Shown: positions 36,962 to 47,618 of the stretch, piece by piece
Numbering within the stretch: the stretch's first letter is position 1
Layout: the number at the start of each line of letters is the position of its first letter
Assembly (NCBI GenBank): GCA_041688145.1
Contig: JBDNIV010000025.1
Span: forward strand, 4,047 to 68,046
Reading direction: 5' to 3'
From: Chlamydiia bacterium
Lineage (GTDB): Bacteria > Chlamydiota > Chlamydiia > Chlamydiales > JAAKFQ01
DNA length: 64,000 nucleotides
The notes under the pieces: generated by a model
What the model was told of the DNA's origin: nothing
The model's input: the letters and a program-made list of their open reading frames with translations, nothing else
The model's database searches: none
Position numbers and translations under genes: made by a program

Positions 36962-38479
36962 ATGACCCCACGCGTTCGCATAGCGCCTTCTCCGACAGGA
37001 GATCCCCATGTAGGGACAGCTTATATGGCCCTTTTTAATCTTATTTTCGCCCGGGCAAATAAGGGTGTGTTTGTCTTGCGTATAGAAGATACGGATCAGA
37101 CTAGGTCTAGAGATATTTACGAAGAAAATATTTATGCAGCCCTTAAGTGGTGTGGTATTTCTTGGGATGAAGGGCCTGACGTAGGCGGCCCTTATGGTCC
37201 TTACCGTCAGTCTGAGCGCCTAGAGCATTACCAAAAATATGCGCAACAACTGTTAGATGAAGGTAAAGCCTATAAGTGTTTTGCGACTGCAGAAGAACTT
37301 ATTGAGATGCGCGAAGTGGCTAAAAAGCTGGGCAAGCGCCTAGGTTACGACCGCAGACATCGAAACTTAAGTTCTGAGGAAGTGGCCCAAAGAGAGGCTA
37401 AAGGTGAGCCTTTTGTTGTACGTCTAAAAATTCCTTTGGAAGGCACATGCGTTTATGAGGATGCGATTAAAGGGCAGGTGAGCGTTCCTTGGGCTGATAT
37501 TGATGACCAGATTCTTCTGAAGTCTGATGGCTTTCCTACATACCATTTAGCAAATATCGTAGATGATTATTTAATGAAGATCACTCACGTTATTCGGGGT
37601 GATGAGTGGATGAGCTCTACACCGAAGCACATATATTTATGGGAAGCTTTTGGCTGGCAAGCGCCACAGTATCTTCACATGCCTCTTCTTTTAGGTAGTG
37701 ATGGGAAAAAGCTTTCTAAGCGCCGTAACCCGACTTCAATATTCTATTACCGCGACAGTGGTTATCTTCCTGAGGCTTTTCTAAACTTTTTGAGTTTGAT
37801 GGGTTATAGCATGCCAGCTGATCAAGAGATTTATACCTTAGATCAGATTGTAGCTTCTTTTGACGCCAAGCGTTTTGGCAGCTCAGCTGCTTTTTTTGAT
37901 ACCCAAAAGCTCGACTGGCTTAATCAACACTATCTAATTAATTCAGTTTCAGAAAAGGAGTTGTGGCCTAGGATACGTGAGTGGGGCTTTAATGATCGCC
38001 TTATGGAAAAGCTTATGCCTCTATGTCACACTCGTATTAAAACGTTTGCTGAGTTTATGGAGCTCTGTGATTTTTTCTTCATCCAACATCTTCGTTACAC
38101 TGAAGAGGCTTTGACCCCTAAAGGTCTAAGCGCTCCAGATTCAGCTATGCTTTTGCAGGTTATGATCTGGGAGCTTGATAAGTCAGAGGATTGGTCAGGT
38201 CAAGGTTTTAATGCGGCTTCTAGGCGCACCTCTGAGCTCTTTGGAAAAAACCATAAAAAAGTTGTGATGCCCTTACTTTTTGTCGCGATTATGGGCAAAC
38301 GGTTTGGACCTCCATTTTTTGATTCTGTAGATATACTGGGTAAAGACCGTGCGCGCGCGCGTCTTTTAGGAGCAATGGCTTTTATAGGAGGCGTCTCTAA
38401 TAAACAGATGTCCAAATTGAAAAAAGCATTTGATGCAGAGGATTGCACTGCCCTTATTGGTTCTGAGAGTACTTCATGA
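36962..38479 (+). CDS. gltX: glutamate--tRNA ligase
   Basis: RVRIAPSPTGDPHVGTAY (HIGH region), FPTYHLANIVDD, KLSKR (KMSKS). Start placed at ATG 36962. Confidence 0.95.
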   Translation: MTPRVRIAPSPTGDPHVGTAYMALFNLIFARANKGVFVLRIEDTDQTRSRDIYEENIYAALKWCGISWDEGPDVGGPYGPYRQSERLEHYQKYAQQLLDEGKAYKCFATAEELIEMREVAKKLGKRLGYDRRHRNLSSEEVAQREAKGEPFVVRLKIPLEGTCVYEDAIKGQVSVPWADIDDQILLKSDGFPTYHLANIVDDYLMKITHVIRGDEWMSSTPKHIYLWEAFGWQAPQYLHMPLLLGSDGKKLSKRRNPTSIFYYRDSGYLPEAFLNFLSLMGYSMPADQEIYTLDQIVASFDAKRFGSSAAFFDTQKLDWLNQHYLINSVSEKELWPRIREWGFNDRLMEKLMPLCHTRIKTFAEFMELCDFFFIQHLRYTEEALTPKGLSAPDSAMLLQVMIWELDKSEDWSGQGFNAASRRTSELFGKNHKKVVMPLLFVAIMGKRFGPPFFDSVDILGKDRARARLLGAMAFIGGVSNKQMSKLKKAFDAEDCTALIGSESTS

Positions 38480-39615
38480 CACTCCCGTTAAACGCGATCT
38501 CTCGTTTTGGGACTCTATATACAGCTAAAGTCTCAAAGAGATTTGATCTAACAAAAGAAGGCTCTTCTAAAAGGGCGTGTCATTTGACCCTTCAGATCGA
38601 AGAGCCTATTAATACTTCAGCGGATAGCTCAGTTGAGAATAAGCCTTTTACTTTTAAAGTCGGTGATAGCGTAGGCATTTTTCCTAAAAATCCTACACAT
38701 AGGGTGCTAGAGGTTATAGAACTTTTAAAAGCAGACAAATTGCTAGAAGAAACGCTCACCTTAAGTTGCTCTATTACAACAGTTTCAAAAAAATGGGTGC
38801 GTTTTGCGCTCCCATATGCTAAAGATGAATTGGGTGCGCGAAGACTGCAAAGCTTGCTCGATCAGCCGTGGGACCGCACCCACATTTTTCCTTTATGGGA
38901 AATGCTTACTCTTTGCAAAGATGTTCCTATTGAGGAATGTTTAGAAAATCTTTCTCCTCTTTTACCTCGTTACTACTCTATAGCTTCATCACCGCTAAAA
39001 TCTGAATCTGAGGTTGATTTGCTTATAGGTACCTTTAAGGCAAAGACCTATCTAGAAGCTGATAGCCCTGGCCTTTGTGCGCAGTATTTAGCTGACGCGG
39101 CTAATCATCTCATCCTATTTCATCATCCGAGTAAGAGCTTTACACTGCCTAAGGAGGTGAGTCGAGACATCATTATGGTGGGTCCAGGTACAGGCTTAGC
39201 TCCTTATAAAGGGTTTTTAGAAGAAAGAGAGGCGCTTATACAAGCAGGTGAAACTGTTGGAGCCAATTGGCTCTTTTTCGGTGAGCGCAACAGCGCAACA
39301 GATTTCTATTATGAAGAAAAAATGAAAAACTGGGAAAATTCTGGACTTGTAAAGCTAACAACTGCTTTTTCTAGAGACCAAAAAGAAAAAGTCTATGTGC
39401 AAGATCGCCTATTGGAAAAAGGGTGTGAAATATGGCGATGGTTAGAAAAAGGATCCTATTTTTATGTATGTGGTGATGCTAAGCATATGGCTCGCGATGT
39501 AAATGCTGCTTTACATGAGATTGCGATGAAATATGGACAACTTAGCGAGCTAGAGGCCCGCAAGTATATACGTACGCTTATGCTTAATGGAAAGTACTTA
39601 CAAGATGTTTATTAG
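38476..39615 (+). CDS. FAD/NADPH-binding reductase module, CysJ/CPR C-terminal type, without a flavodoxin domain
   Basis: RYYSIASSP, GPGTGLAPYKGFLEER, YVQD, YVCGDAKHMARDV, C-terminal YLQDVY. ATGA overlap with the gltX stop. Confidence 0.75.
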   Translation: MTLPLNAISRFGTLYTAKVSKRFDLTKEGSSKRACHLTLQIEEPINTSADSSVENKPFTFKVGDSVGIFPKNPTHRVLEVIELLKADKLLEETLTLSCSITTVSKKWVRFALPYAKDELGARRLQSLLDQPWDRTHIFPLWEMLTLCKDVPIEECLENLSPLLPRYYSIASSPLKSESEVDLLIGTFKAKTYLEADSPGLCAQYLADAANHLILFHHPSKSFTLPKEVSRDIIMVGPGTGLAPYKGFLEEREALIQAGETVGANWLFFGERNSATDFYYEEKMKNWENSGLVKLTTAFSRDQKEKVYVQDRLLEKGCEIWRWLEKGSYFYVCGDAKHMARDVNAALHEIAMKYGQLSELEARKYIRTLMLNGKYLQDVY

Positions 39616-39687
39616 TACAATCTAGAACGGGGTTAGCCCGGGCTTTATCAATGTTTTTGAGTTCGTTTATGCACTTCTTTAAGGCTG

Positions 39688-39707
39688 AAAGGCGTTCTAG
39701 CGCCTTT
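39688..39707 (+). terminator. weak terminator candidate
   Basis: AAAGGCG-TTCTAG-CGCCTTT then GTAT. About 70 nt after the reductase stop. Confidence 0.3.
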
Positions 39708-39805
39708 GTATAAACGAGGGGCAGAGTTATATAAGATGCAGGCTTGATAGGAAGAGCTAATGTTGCTATGAATGTCTCCTAAATTGGGTATATGTATAGC
39801 AGAGC

Positions 39806-40114
39806 CTAATCGTCAGATTTGATGTCTAAGAAAATAGTTTTGCCTATATGAGCTATAGTTAATGTGCTTTCATAAATTCCGCCCCTGCCACTCGCAATAA
39901 CAAGGGAATCGTCTTGGATAAAAACGCTTTCTACGCGAACAGCTAGTTCAGGTATCCAGCGGTGTTTATGGTAATTCTGTACAACTAAAATAGCTCCCCT
40001 TACTAGGGCTTTTAATGCTTCATCAACAGTTGAGCATCGCGTTACGCCTTTAGCGGGTTTAGGAAGTAAGCTGCTTGGAGCAAATGGAGTAGGGATAGGA
40101 GGTGGGGTAGTCAT
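39806..40114 (-). CDS. hypothetical protein (uncertain gene)
   Basis: 102-codon ORF downstream of glyQS with a Pro-rich N-terminus. No SD. The ATG sits immediately after a T7 run on its strand. No family recognised. Confidence 0.3.
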   Translation of the reverse strand: MTTPPPIPTPFAPSSLLPKPAKGVTRCSTVDEALKALVRGAILVVQNYHKHRWIPELAVRVESVFIQDDSLVIASGRGGIYESTLTIAHIGKTIFLDIKSDD

Positions 40115-40188
40115 AAAAAAATCTCAGATTAAAATTTTGAAATCCAGATCCAATTAAAAAGATGTCTATAGAAATAGGCAAGGTTTTT

Positions 40189-41601
40189 TTAAGAAAAAAA
40201 TCTTTGCACATATTCTTTAAGCTTGCTCACTTCAACCCTTTCTTGCTCCATGGTATCACGATCTCGTACAGTCACACTTTCAGGGCTTTTTTCAAAGGTG
40301 TCAAAGTCGACGGTAATACATAATGGCGTGCCAATTTCATCGTGACGACGGTACGCTTTTCCGACATTACCCGTGTCTTCATACTTCATCCGGCCAAGGC
40401 CAAGCTTTTGCAGATCGGACTTAATCTCTTTGGCTTTAGCGACAATCTTCTCGTTATTTTTAGCGATGGGCACAATAGCTACTTTAATAGGAGATAGATG
40501 AGGCTTAATCTTAAGGACGGTGCGTGATTTTCCCTCGCCAAGATCTTCTACTTTGTATGCGTCACATAAAATAGCAAAGATCCCTCGATCAACTCCTGCA
40601 GAGGGTTCTATTACGAAAGGGACGACTGAGGTTTTTTCTTGGGGGTTGTCTATGGTGAGTCGCACAGTAGAATCTGTATTTTCTGCTACTTGAGCATATA
40701 AGCCGAGCTCTTTGCTTTCTTTTGAATGGCTTCCAAGGTCAAAATCTGTTCGGTTAGCGACGCCTTCTAGCTCTTCAAAGCCATGAGGAAAGCGGTAGAG
40801 AATATCTACAGTCGCTTTTGCATAGTGAGCAAGTTCATCTCCTGTTTGCTCTAAAAGTTTTAAATTTTCAGGCTTGATACCTTGTTCATGCCACCATTGT
40901 ACGCGATTGTCTAGCCACTCTTTATGCCATTTTTCATCGGTGCCGGGCTCTACAAAAAATTCTAACTCCATCTGCTCAAATTCACGTACACGAAAAATAA
41001 AATTTTTCAGTGTAATTTCATTGCGAAATGCTTTACCCATTTGGGCAATACCAAAAGGGAGTTTGCGAGATGTGGCATTAAGCACATTTTTAAAATTTGT
41101 GAAAATGCCTTGAGCTGTTTCTGGACGAAGGTATCCAAAACTAGCACCATCATCTACAGGGCCTAAGTTTGTGCGGAACATGAGATTGAAATTTCTTGGT
41201 TCGGTCAGTTCGCTACTTCCACAGCTATCACATACGCCGCCTTCAATGTGATCAGCACGCATGCGCTTACCGCATTTTTTGCAGTCGACTAAAGGGTCTG
41301 TGAAGGTTTGTTCATGGCCAGAATGTTTAAGTGTCATTTGATGGGTTAAAATTGCACTATCTAAGCCTTCAACATCATCGCGCGCATACACCATGGATTT
41401 CCACCAAGCACGTTTTAAGTTTTCTTTAAGCTCAACGCCTAAAGGGCCGTAGTCGTAGACGCCTGCAAGCCCTCCGTAAACTTCAGAGCTTTGAAAAATA
41501 AAACCGCGTCTGCGGCACATGGCTACAATTTCACTAACAGCTATCGGTTCATCTTTTGACACAGTTTTATTCTCACTTGTTCTAAAGGATTTAGAGGGCA
41601 T
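40189..41601 (-). CDS. glyQS: glycine--tRNA ligase, single-chain dimeric (alpha2) class II type
   Basis: [30 protein letters not shown]....[27 protein letters not shown]. Start placed at ATG 41601; the track start at 41715 adds 38 unconserved-looking residues. Confidence 0.9.
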   Translation of the reverse strand: MPSKSFRTSENKTVSKDEPIAVSEIVAMCRRRGFIFQSSEVYGGLAGVYDYGPLGVELKENLKRAWWKSMVYARDDVEGLDSAILTHQMTLKHSGHEQTFTDPLVDCKKCGKRMRADHIEGGVCDSCGSSELTEPRNFNLMFRTNLGPVDDGASFGYLRPETAQGIFTNFKNVLNATSRKLPFGIAQMGKAFRNEITLKNFIFRVREFEQMELEFFVEPGTDEKWHKEWLDNRVQWWHEQGIKPENLKLLEQTGDELAHYAKATVDILYRFPHGFEELEGVANRTDFDLGSHSKESKELGLYAQVAENTDSTVRLTIDNPQEKTSVVPFVIEPSAGVDRGIFAILCDAYKVEDLGEGKSRTVLKIKPHLSPIKVAIVPIAKNNEKIVAKAKEIKSDLQKLGLGRMKYEDTGNVGKAYRRHDEIGTPLCITVDFDTFEKSPESVTVRDRDTMEQERVEVSKLKEYVQRFFS

Positions 41602-41745
41602 CAGTGTAGCAAAAATGAGAAGTCTTTGTCTAGGCAAGAGCCCGTTTTTAAGTGAGTGTCTAAACACTTCTAAGATCTCCTTTACAACAAACGGGGTTAT
41701 CTGCGTATAATCCAAGAAGGGGACACCTTAAAAAGAAGGACGGTC

Positions 41746-43116
41746 ATGGAAGTATTGCAAATAGAAGGAGGACGTCCTCTTAAAGGTCATGTGCGTGCTG
41801 CCGGCGCAAAAAACGCTATCACAAAACTACTTGTTGCTTCATTAATCTCAGACAAAAAATGCATTTTTCACAACGTCCCAAATATTGGAGATGTTGAGGT
41901 TACTGTTGATCTTTGCCGAGAAATTGGAGCTGATATTCAGTGGGACCGCGAAGGTGGTACTTTAGAAATTATCACAAAAACACTTTCCACAACGTATGTA
42001 CCTCAGAGATTTTCTGGAGGCAACCGCATTCCTATTTTAATGATAGGCGCTCTTCTTAGCCGTACAAATGAAGACATTATTGTGCCGACAGCAGGCGGCT
42101 GTAAGATAGGTAAGCGCAGTGTTGATTTTCATATTACAGCTTTACAAGCTCTTGGCGCACACATTGAATTTCGTAACATGAAAAAAGAAGGCGCTTACTT
42201 TGCTCAAGGTCATAGAGGTCTTATAGGTGCTGTTATTGAATTGCCATACCCTTCTGTAGGGGCTACTGAAAACACTATATTGGCAGCTGTGGGTGCAGAA
42301 GGAAAAACTGTTATCAAAAATGCTGCTATCGAGCCTGAAGTTGTTGATTTGATTTTATTCTTACAAAAAATGGGCGCGCAGATCAGCTTAAATGGAGATA
42401 GAACCATTACAATCGAAAAAGCTGTGCGTTTTTACGAAGTGGAGCACACAGTCATTACGGATCGTAATGAAGTTGCTTCTTTTGCAGCAGCAGCAGTTGC
42501 TACCAAAGGATGCGTTTTTGTTGAGGGTGCACGGCATATTGATATCATTCCACTTCTTAATAACTTAAGAGAGGTTGGTGCTGGATTTTTGGTGAAAGAA
42601 GGAGGCATTGAATTTTTCTACGAAAAAGAACTCAAAGGTGGCCTTCATATTGAAACAGATGTTTATCCAGGTTTTATGACGGATTGGCAACAGCCCTTTG
42701 CTGTTATGCTGACGCAGGCAGAGGGCGTTAGTATCATCCACGATACCGTATATGAAGAGCGTTTTGGTTATGTGGATACCTTGGTGAATATGGGCGCTGA
42801 AATAGAACTTTTTTCTCAGTGCTTAGGCTCTAAGCCTTGCCGATTTGCCTCAAGGCATTTTTTGCACAACGCTGTCATAAAAGGGAAAACTCCTCTTGTC
42901 GGGAAAAAAATTACAGTTCCTGACCTGCGTGCGGGATTTGCTTATGTTTTAGCGGGTCTTATTGCAGAGGGAAAAAGTGAGGTTTCGGGCCTGCACTTTT
43001 TGGAAAGAGGGTATGCGGATCTTGTACCTAAATTGCAAAGTCTTGGTGCGAACATCGAAAAGATTGATATTGGAGCAGCAAAAAAAGAGCTTGCAGGGTC
43101 TGTAAAAGGCGCCTAG
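41746..43116 (+). CDS. murA: UDP-N-acetylglucosamine 1-carboxyvinyltransferase
   Basis: L.IEGG..L.G.V...GAKNA..KLL.ASL, and a GGCKIG region with the active-site Cys context. Length fits MurA. Confidence 0.95.
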   Translation: MEVLQIEGGRPLKGHVRAAGAKNAITKLLVASLISDKKCIFHNVPNIGDVEVTVDLCREIGADIQWDREGGTLEIITKTLSTTYVPQRFSGGNRIPILMIGALLSRTNEDIIVPTAGGCKIGKRSVDFHITALQALGAHIEFRNMKKEGAYFAQGHRGLIGAVIELPYPSVGATENTILAAVGAEGKTVIKNAAIEPEVVDLILFLQKMGAQISLNGDRTITIEKAVRFYEVEHTVITDRNEVASFAAAAVATKGCVFVEGARHIDIIPLLNNLREVGAGFLVKEGGIEFFYEKELKGGLHIETDVYPGFMTDWQQPFAVMLTQAEGVSIIHDTVYEERFGYVDTLVNMGAEIELFSQCLGSKPCRFASRHFLHNAVIKGKTPLVGKKITVPDLRAGFAYVLAGLIAEGKSEVSGLHFLERGYADLVPKLQSLGANIEKIDIGAAKKELAGSVKGA

Positions 43117-43117
43117 G

Positions 43118-44842
43118 CTACATTTTTTCTACGGTATGCAATCCTAAAATATTGAGTCCAGTTTCTAATGTGCGCTCGCACATTTTACACACCATAAGAC
43201 GACTGTTTTCTTCAGCAGCGCCCTGCACGCGGCAGTCTCTAAAAAAGGCATTAAATTTTTCTGCGGTTTCAAACAGATAGTCGGCAAGTCTGTGTGGGAG
43301 CAAGTCTCCTGCCATTTCGTAGATAACAGTATCAAACCTTAGTAAATGGAGCGCTAGAGCAATTTCTGAAGGGTGCTCAAGATCGATTTCAGTAAGCGTG
43401 ATTTCTTTGTTCACTTTTCTTTGAATTGAAAGCGTGCGTACATATGAATAAAGTAAGAAAGCAGCGGTGTTGCCTTCAAACTGGAGCATGCGGTCAAAGC
43501 TAAATGTATAGTCTCTTTGTCTATGACCACTTAAGTCAGCGTATTTAATTGCATCGATTCCAAGCACGCAACTTAAGTCTTCAATTTCCTTTTCAGATAG
43601 ATCGTTTTCTCTTTTTCTAATAGCTACCTCTGCTCTTTCGACAGCTGTGTGGATAAGGTCAATGAGTTTAATGGGCTCGCCTGAACGCGTTTTAATTTTT
43701 TTGCCATCCTCGCCTAAAACAAGACCAAAGCCGACGTGATCAAATTGAGTATTGCCTAAAAACCCTGCTTTTTCTGAAGCTTTGGCGACCATGTTTAGGT
43801 GGAGCGCTTGGCCGTTATCAACTACAACAATAATACGGTCTGCTTTTTCTTCTTGTGCGCGGTGACGCATAGCAGCAAGGTCTGTAGAGGCATAGTTATA
43901 GCCGCCATCGGATTTTTGGATAATTAAAGGTAGTGGCTCGCCCTCTCTACCTTCAAAGCCTTCGAGAAAAATACACTTAGCGCCATCAGAAATTTTCACG
44001 AGCCCCTGATTTTCTAGCTCTTTAATAGTACCTGGCAACATAGGGTCATAAAAAGATTCACCTCGCTCTATAATAGTGACATCTAAAAGGCGATAGATTT
44101 CTTGAAAAGCGCTTCTAGATATCGAGCAAACTACATTCCATGCATGCATAGCTGAGGGCTCTTTTGCCTGCAGGGCAACAAGCTCTTTATGCGTCTTTTT
44201 CTTGAAGGCTTCTTCATTTTCAAAGCATGTGCGCGCAGCTTTATACCAGCTCTGCAGATCATCAAGGGTAGCTTTGCTTGGATCTTCAAGTACCTCAGGG
44301 TGCTCTTTTTTTAGATAAGCAATTAGCATCCCAAAAGGCGTTCCCCAATCTCCGATATGATTTAAGCGGATGACCTTATGGCCTAAAAACTCAAAAAGGC
44401 GTGATAAGCTATCGCCAATAATAGTTGAGCGCAAGTGCGCGACGTGCAATTGCTTAGCGACATTAGGCGAAGAAAAGTCGATGCAAATCGTTTGCTTTTT
44501 TTTAGGTAGCTCTACTCCGAGGTGCTTATCTTTAAGAGCTTTTCCAAGCTTTTCAGATAAAAATGAGCTTTTGAGGGTGATATTGATAAAGCCAGGTCCT
44601 GCGATCTCTAAGCTTTCAATTATAGATGCTGCTTCGGGCAAACTGCTTACAGAGTCAATGAGCTTTGTTGCGATTTCTCGAGGGTTTTGCTGTAAGATCT
44701 TGGTGAGTTTCATTGCGCTATTGCACTGGTAGTGTCCAAAGCGTTCTTGTGTAGAGGGGGTGATTTCTAAAGGGTGGGATTGATCAAAAGCTTTTGTGAG
44801 TGCTTTTTCAAAAAGATCTAATAGAATTTGAGATAAAGACAT
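43118..44842 (-). CDS. argS: arginine--tRNA ligase
   Basis: FSSPNVAKQLHVAHLRST (HIGH-type), DWG.PFG, typical Add-1 N-terminus and C-terminal anticodon-binding domain ending in M. Confidence 0.95.
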   Translation of the reverse strand: MSLSQILLDLFEKALTKAFDQSHPLEITPSTQERFGHYQCNSAMKLTKILQQNPREIATKLIDSVSSLPEAASIIESLEIAGPGFINITLKSSFLSEKLGKALKDKHLGVELPKKKQTICIDFSSPNVAKQLHVAHLRSTIIGDSLSRLFEFLGHKVIRLNHIGDWGTPFGMLIAYLKKEHPEVLEDPSKATLDDLQSWYKAARTCFENEEAFKKKTHKELVALQAKEPSAMHAWNVVCSISRSAFQEIYRLLDVTIIERGESFYDPMLPGTIKELENQGLVKISDGAKCIFLEGFEGREGEPLPLIIQKSDGGYNYASTDLAAMRHRAQEEKADRIIVVVDNGQALHLNMVAKASEKAGFLGNTQFDHVGFGLVLGEDGKKIKTRSGEPIKLIDLIHTAVERAEVAIRKRENDLSEKEIEDLSCVLGIDAIKYADLSGHRQRDYTFSFDRMLQFEGNTAAFLLYSYVRTLSIQRKVNKEITLTEIDLEHPSEIALALHLLRFDTVIYEMAGDLLPHRLADYLFETAEKFNAFFRDCRVQGAAEENSRLMVCKMCERTLETGLNILGLHTVEKM

Positions 44843-44976
44843 GAATTACAACTGAGCTGTGCTAATGGTTAGAGTTAAAGGCATTTAACAGCTAGCGGTC
44901 TCAAGTATAGACCGACTATGGGCTTTTGCTCAATGAGATCTATTGAGTGAGTTCATTTATTTTTGTAAGGCTGTCT

Positions 44977-46080
44977 TTAGTGGTGAAAAGTTGCTGGAAC
45001 AGTTCTTTTGCCTACATTATTTTTTATATTCTCTTCAGCAAGAGTGTAGCTCGCAGCTCTTGGAGATAAGTCCTTGTCTTCAGAAAGTTGAAAAATGTCT
45101 AGCAGTGTTTCATAGATCTGGCACAAACCTTCTCTAGGCGTCATAGGATCGTAGCCCTTGGGAGAAATCTCAGCTATTACATTAATTAGGCCACCAGCAT
45201 TGATTACAAAGTCAGGTGCATACAAGATCCCGCGGTCTTTTAGAAGATCACCGTCAGAAATTTTTTCTAGCTGGTTATTGGCGCAGCCAGCAACTGCTTT
45301 ACACTGGAGCTGTTCGATAGAGTGCGCATTTAAGATAGCGCCCATAGCGCAAGGAGCAAGAATATCGCATTTAACTTTTAGAATTTCGGTAGGGTCTACT
45401 GCTTTGGCGCCAGTCTCTTTTACAATAGTGGCTACTTTTTCGGGATGTATATCAGAGACAATCAGGTGTGCACCTTCCCAATATAAAATTTTAGCAAGTA
45501 GAAGGCCTACATTTCCAAGACCTTGAATAGCTATTGTTTTTCCTCGAAGATCCCATGAACCAAATAGCTTTTTAGCTACTGAGCGAATTCCCCAAAAAGT
45601 GCCATGTGCTGTATAGGCACAAGGATTGCCACTGCTGTTTTTATGATCAAGCCCTACTAAGAACTGGGTCTTTTTACGGACATGATTGAGGTCTTCAGGA
45701 CTTATGCAAGAGTCTTCGGCGCCAATATAAATGCCTTCTAGAAGATTAATTGCTCGTCCAAAAGACTCTAAGAGAGCGGGCGTTTTTAGTGTTGCAGGAT
45801 CTCCAATAATTACTGACTTTCCACCGCCTGAGCCCGCTTTAATAGTTGCCGACTTGTATGTCATTCCTTCTGATAACCGCAATACATCTGTAAGAGCTGC
45901 ATCGAAATTTCGGTATGTATGCATGCGAATGCCCCCAAGAGCAGGGCCAAGCTTTGTGCTATGAATAGCGATAATAGCATGTAAATCACAAGCTGGATCG
46001 CGCACTTCAACAACGCGCTCATACCCTTCAATAAAAAGGTCTTTTAGGGACAAAGTATCTTCTGAGGTAAAGGCATTCAT
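44977..46080 (-). CDS. Glu/Leu/Phe/Val dehydrogenase family protein (leucine dehydrogenase-like size)
   Basis: IAIHSTKLGPALGGIRM, GSGGGKSVIIGDP, Rossmann segment IAIQGLGNVG. Substrate not assignable from sequence alone. Confidence 0.8.
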   Translation of the reverse strand: MNAFTSEDTLSLKDLFIEGYERVVEVRDPACDLHAIIAIHSTKLGPALGGIRMHTYRNFDAALTDVLRLSEGMTYKSATIKAGSGGGKSVIIGDPATLKTPALLESFGRAINLLEGIYIGAEDSCISPEDLNHVRKKTQFLVGLDHKNSSGNPCAYTAHGTFWGIRSVAKKLFGSWDLRGKTIAIQGLGNVGLLLAKILYWEGAHLIVSDIHPEKVATIVKETGAKAVDPTEILKVKCDILAPCAMGAILNAHSIEQLQCKAVAGCANNQLEKISDGDLLKDRGILYAPDFVINAGGLINVIAEISPKGYDPMTPREGLCQIYETLLDIFQLSEDKDLSPRAASYTLAEENIKNNVGKRTVPATFHH

Positions 46081-46372
46081 AACGGCTTATTAAGGTTAAG
46101 TTAAAAAGGAGATTATATCACAAAGGAGCCTTTTGGAGCAATTTAGTAAAATTATTACTTAACTACAGCGATTAGGATATAGAAAAGGCCTTAGGCTTAA
46201 GGAGATCCCCTCCTGCGGCAGGATAAAGGGGTGTGGCACAAGGATTAGATTTTTTTGATTAAGCTGCTTTTAGAGGCAAGTTCGCTGTTGATTAATTCTC
46301 TTAGGCGAGGTAGACTTACTGCTGAATCTTAAGCGGCGCTTACGGGTGCCTTTAAATGTTTTGTATCTGGAT

Positions 46373-47086
46373 ATGAATACTATGGTCTTAGAAGAAAAGC
46401 TCAAAAAAGAGCTTAAAGAGTTTTTTAAGCAAAATAAAAAGCCTGAGCTTTTGGCGACGTACCTTTTTTACTTAGAGCATAAGTACCCGATTGCGCCGGT
46501 CCTTTTTCCTATGGAAAAAAAGATTTATCAAAACCTTGGCCTTCTTACAGAAGCTTTAGAAAAAAGTGGCAAGCTATGGAGAGAAACTGAGATCAAGGTT
46601 TTGTTCGGCAAGCAAAGCGTGAACCGCGAAACTAAAAAGATTTATATCTGTCCTTTTTCAGGAAAGGCGTTTGGTAACAATACCTGTTTAAATCCCCAAG
46701 ACGCAATTTATGACTGGGTTTCTAAGTGCCCAGAGAATAAAGAGCGCGCAGCAGGAATGAAGGTCAAGCGTTTTTTTGTTTCAGAAGATCCTGAAGTAAT
46801 AGCTGAATATATCGAAGAGCGTAAAGAGCCTATTATAAAAACAGTCTTTTCATCAGCTGTGAGTGGTAAGCTTTTCAATAGTAAAAAGGCTGTTTTGGAT
46901 GACTTTAAAGCAAATTTCATCAAAAAAATGTCTCTAGTAGAAGTGCAAAGCCAAAACCGCTTTGAGATTGATGAAGATTTTCTAGCTGTGATTAAAGAGC
47001 ACTTGAGCCAAGAAAAAGTTGCGCAGTTTGTAGAAGATCTTTCAGAAGACGACTCTTTCGAAGCTTCGATCGCACATTGGTTTTAA
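46373..47086 (+). CDS. hypothetical protein with Cys pairs (CPFSG...C...CPEN)
   Basis: Long ORF with coding-like composition. ATG at 46373 is preferred to the GTG at 46346. No family recognised. Confidence 0.6.
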   Translation: MNTMVLEEKLKKELKEFFKQNKKPELLATYLFYLEHKYPIAPVLFPMEKKIYQNLGLLTEALEKSGKLWRETEIKVLFGKQSVNRETKKIYICPFSGKAFGNNTCLNPQDAIYDWVSKCPENKERAAGMKVKRFFVSEDPEVIAEYIEERKEPIIKTVFSSAVSGKLFNSKKAVLDDFKANFIKKMSLVEVQSQNRFEIDEDFLAVIKEHLSQEKVAQFVEDLSEDDSFEASIAHWF

Positions 47087-47102
47087 AGAAAGGGGGCTGT
47101 TC

Positions 47103-47618
47103 ATGAGCCTCTTAGACAAAACCCCTTTAGACCCTTTGAATCAAAATTTCTCAAAACGAGTTTGTTTAGATCAGCTAGATAGCTTTGCTTTTGCACTTTT
47201 AAAAAAAGCAGATTTTTTTTCTACGCTCTGTTTTTATGGAGATCTTGGTGCAGGTAAAACAACACTTATTCGCAGTCTATCAGCAGCTTGTGGCGTAGAT
47301 AAAAGAAATGTTACAAGCCCGACATATGTTTACTTGCACCACTATAAGTCTGAAAAAAGCAGATCAGATCTATTTGAAATAGCTCACTTTGATCTTTACC
47401 GTTTAGGGAGTTCAGAGAATTTTTTTGCGATGGGCTGGGAAGAATATTTAGAAAACTCTTTAGAACAATCATCAGCTGAAAACCAGCAGGCCCGAAGACT
47501 TACTTTTATAGAGTGGCCAGAGCGCTTAGAAGGCAGGCTGCCAAAAAAGCGTCTTGATATTGAGATTAAAATAGTAGACAGAGAAGCGCGAGATATTACG
47601 ATTTATGAAAGAAGTTGA
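47103..47618 (+). CDS. tsaE: tRNA t6A biosynthesis ATPase TsaE (YjeE)
   Basis: GDLGAGKTTLIRSL, SPTY, HFDLYRL motifs. Confidence 0.8.
   Translation: MSLLDKTPLDPLNQNFSKRVCLDQLDSFAFALLKKADFFSTLCFYGDLGAGKTTLIRSLSAACGVDKRNVTSPTYVYLHHYKSEKSRSDLFEIAHFDLYRLGSSENFFAMGWEEYLENSLEQSSAENQQARRLTFIEWPERLEGRLPKKRLDIEIKIVDREARDITIYERS

Noticed and set aside
40115-40149. Weak hairpin plus T7 run after the glyQS stop, as a terminator
   Set aside because: The stem is only 4+4 bp with a bulge and is AT-rich, which is not convincing. I note it only because it abuts the start of the doubtful 102-codon ORF.
44370-45526. 120- and 122-codon plus-strand ORFs
   Set aside because: They are antisense shadows of argS and of the amino-acid dehydrogenase gene.
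46234-46249. Sigma-54-like element TGGCAC-N5-TTAG
   Set aside because: The -24 half matches, but the -12 element lacks the critical GC (TTAG instead of TTGC). It is probably a chance match.
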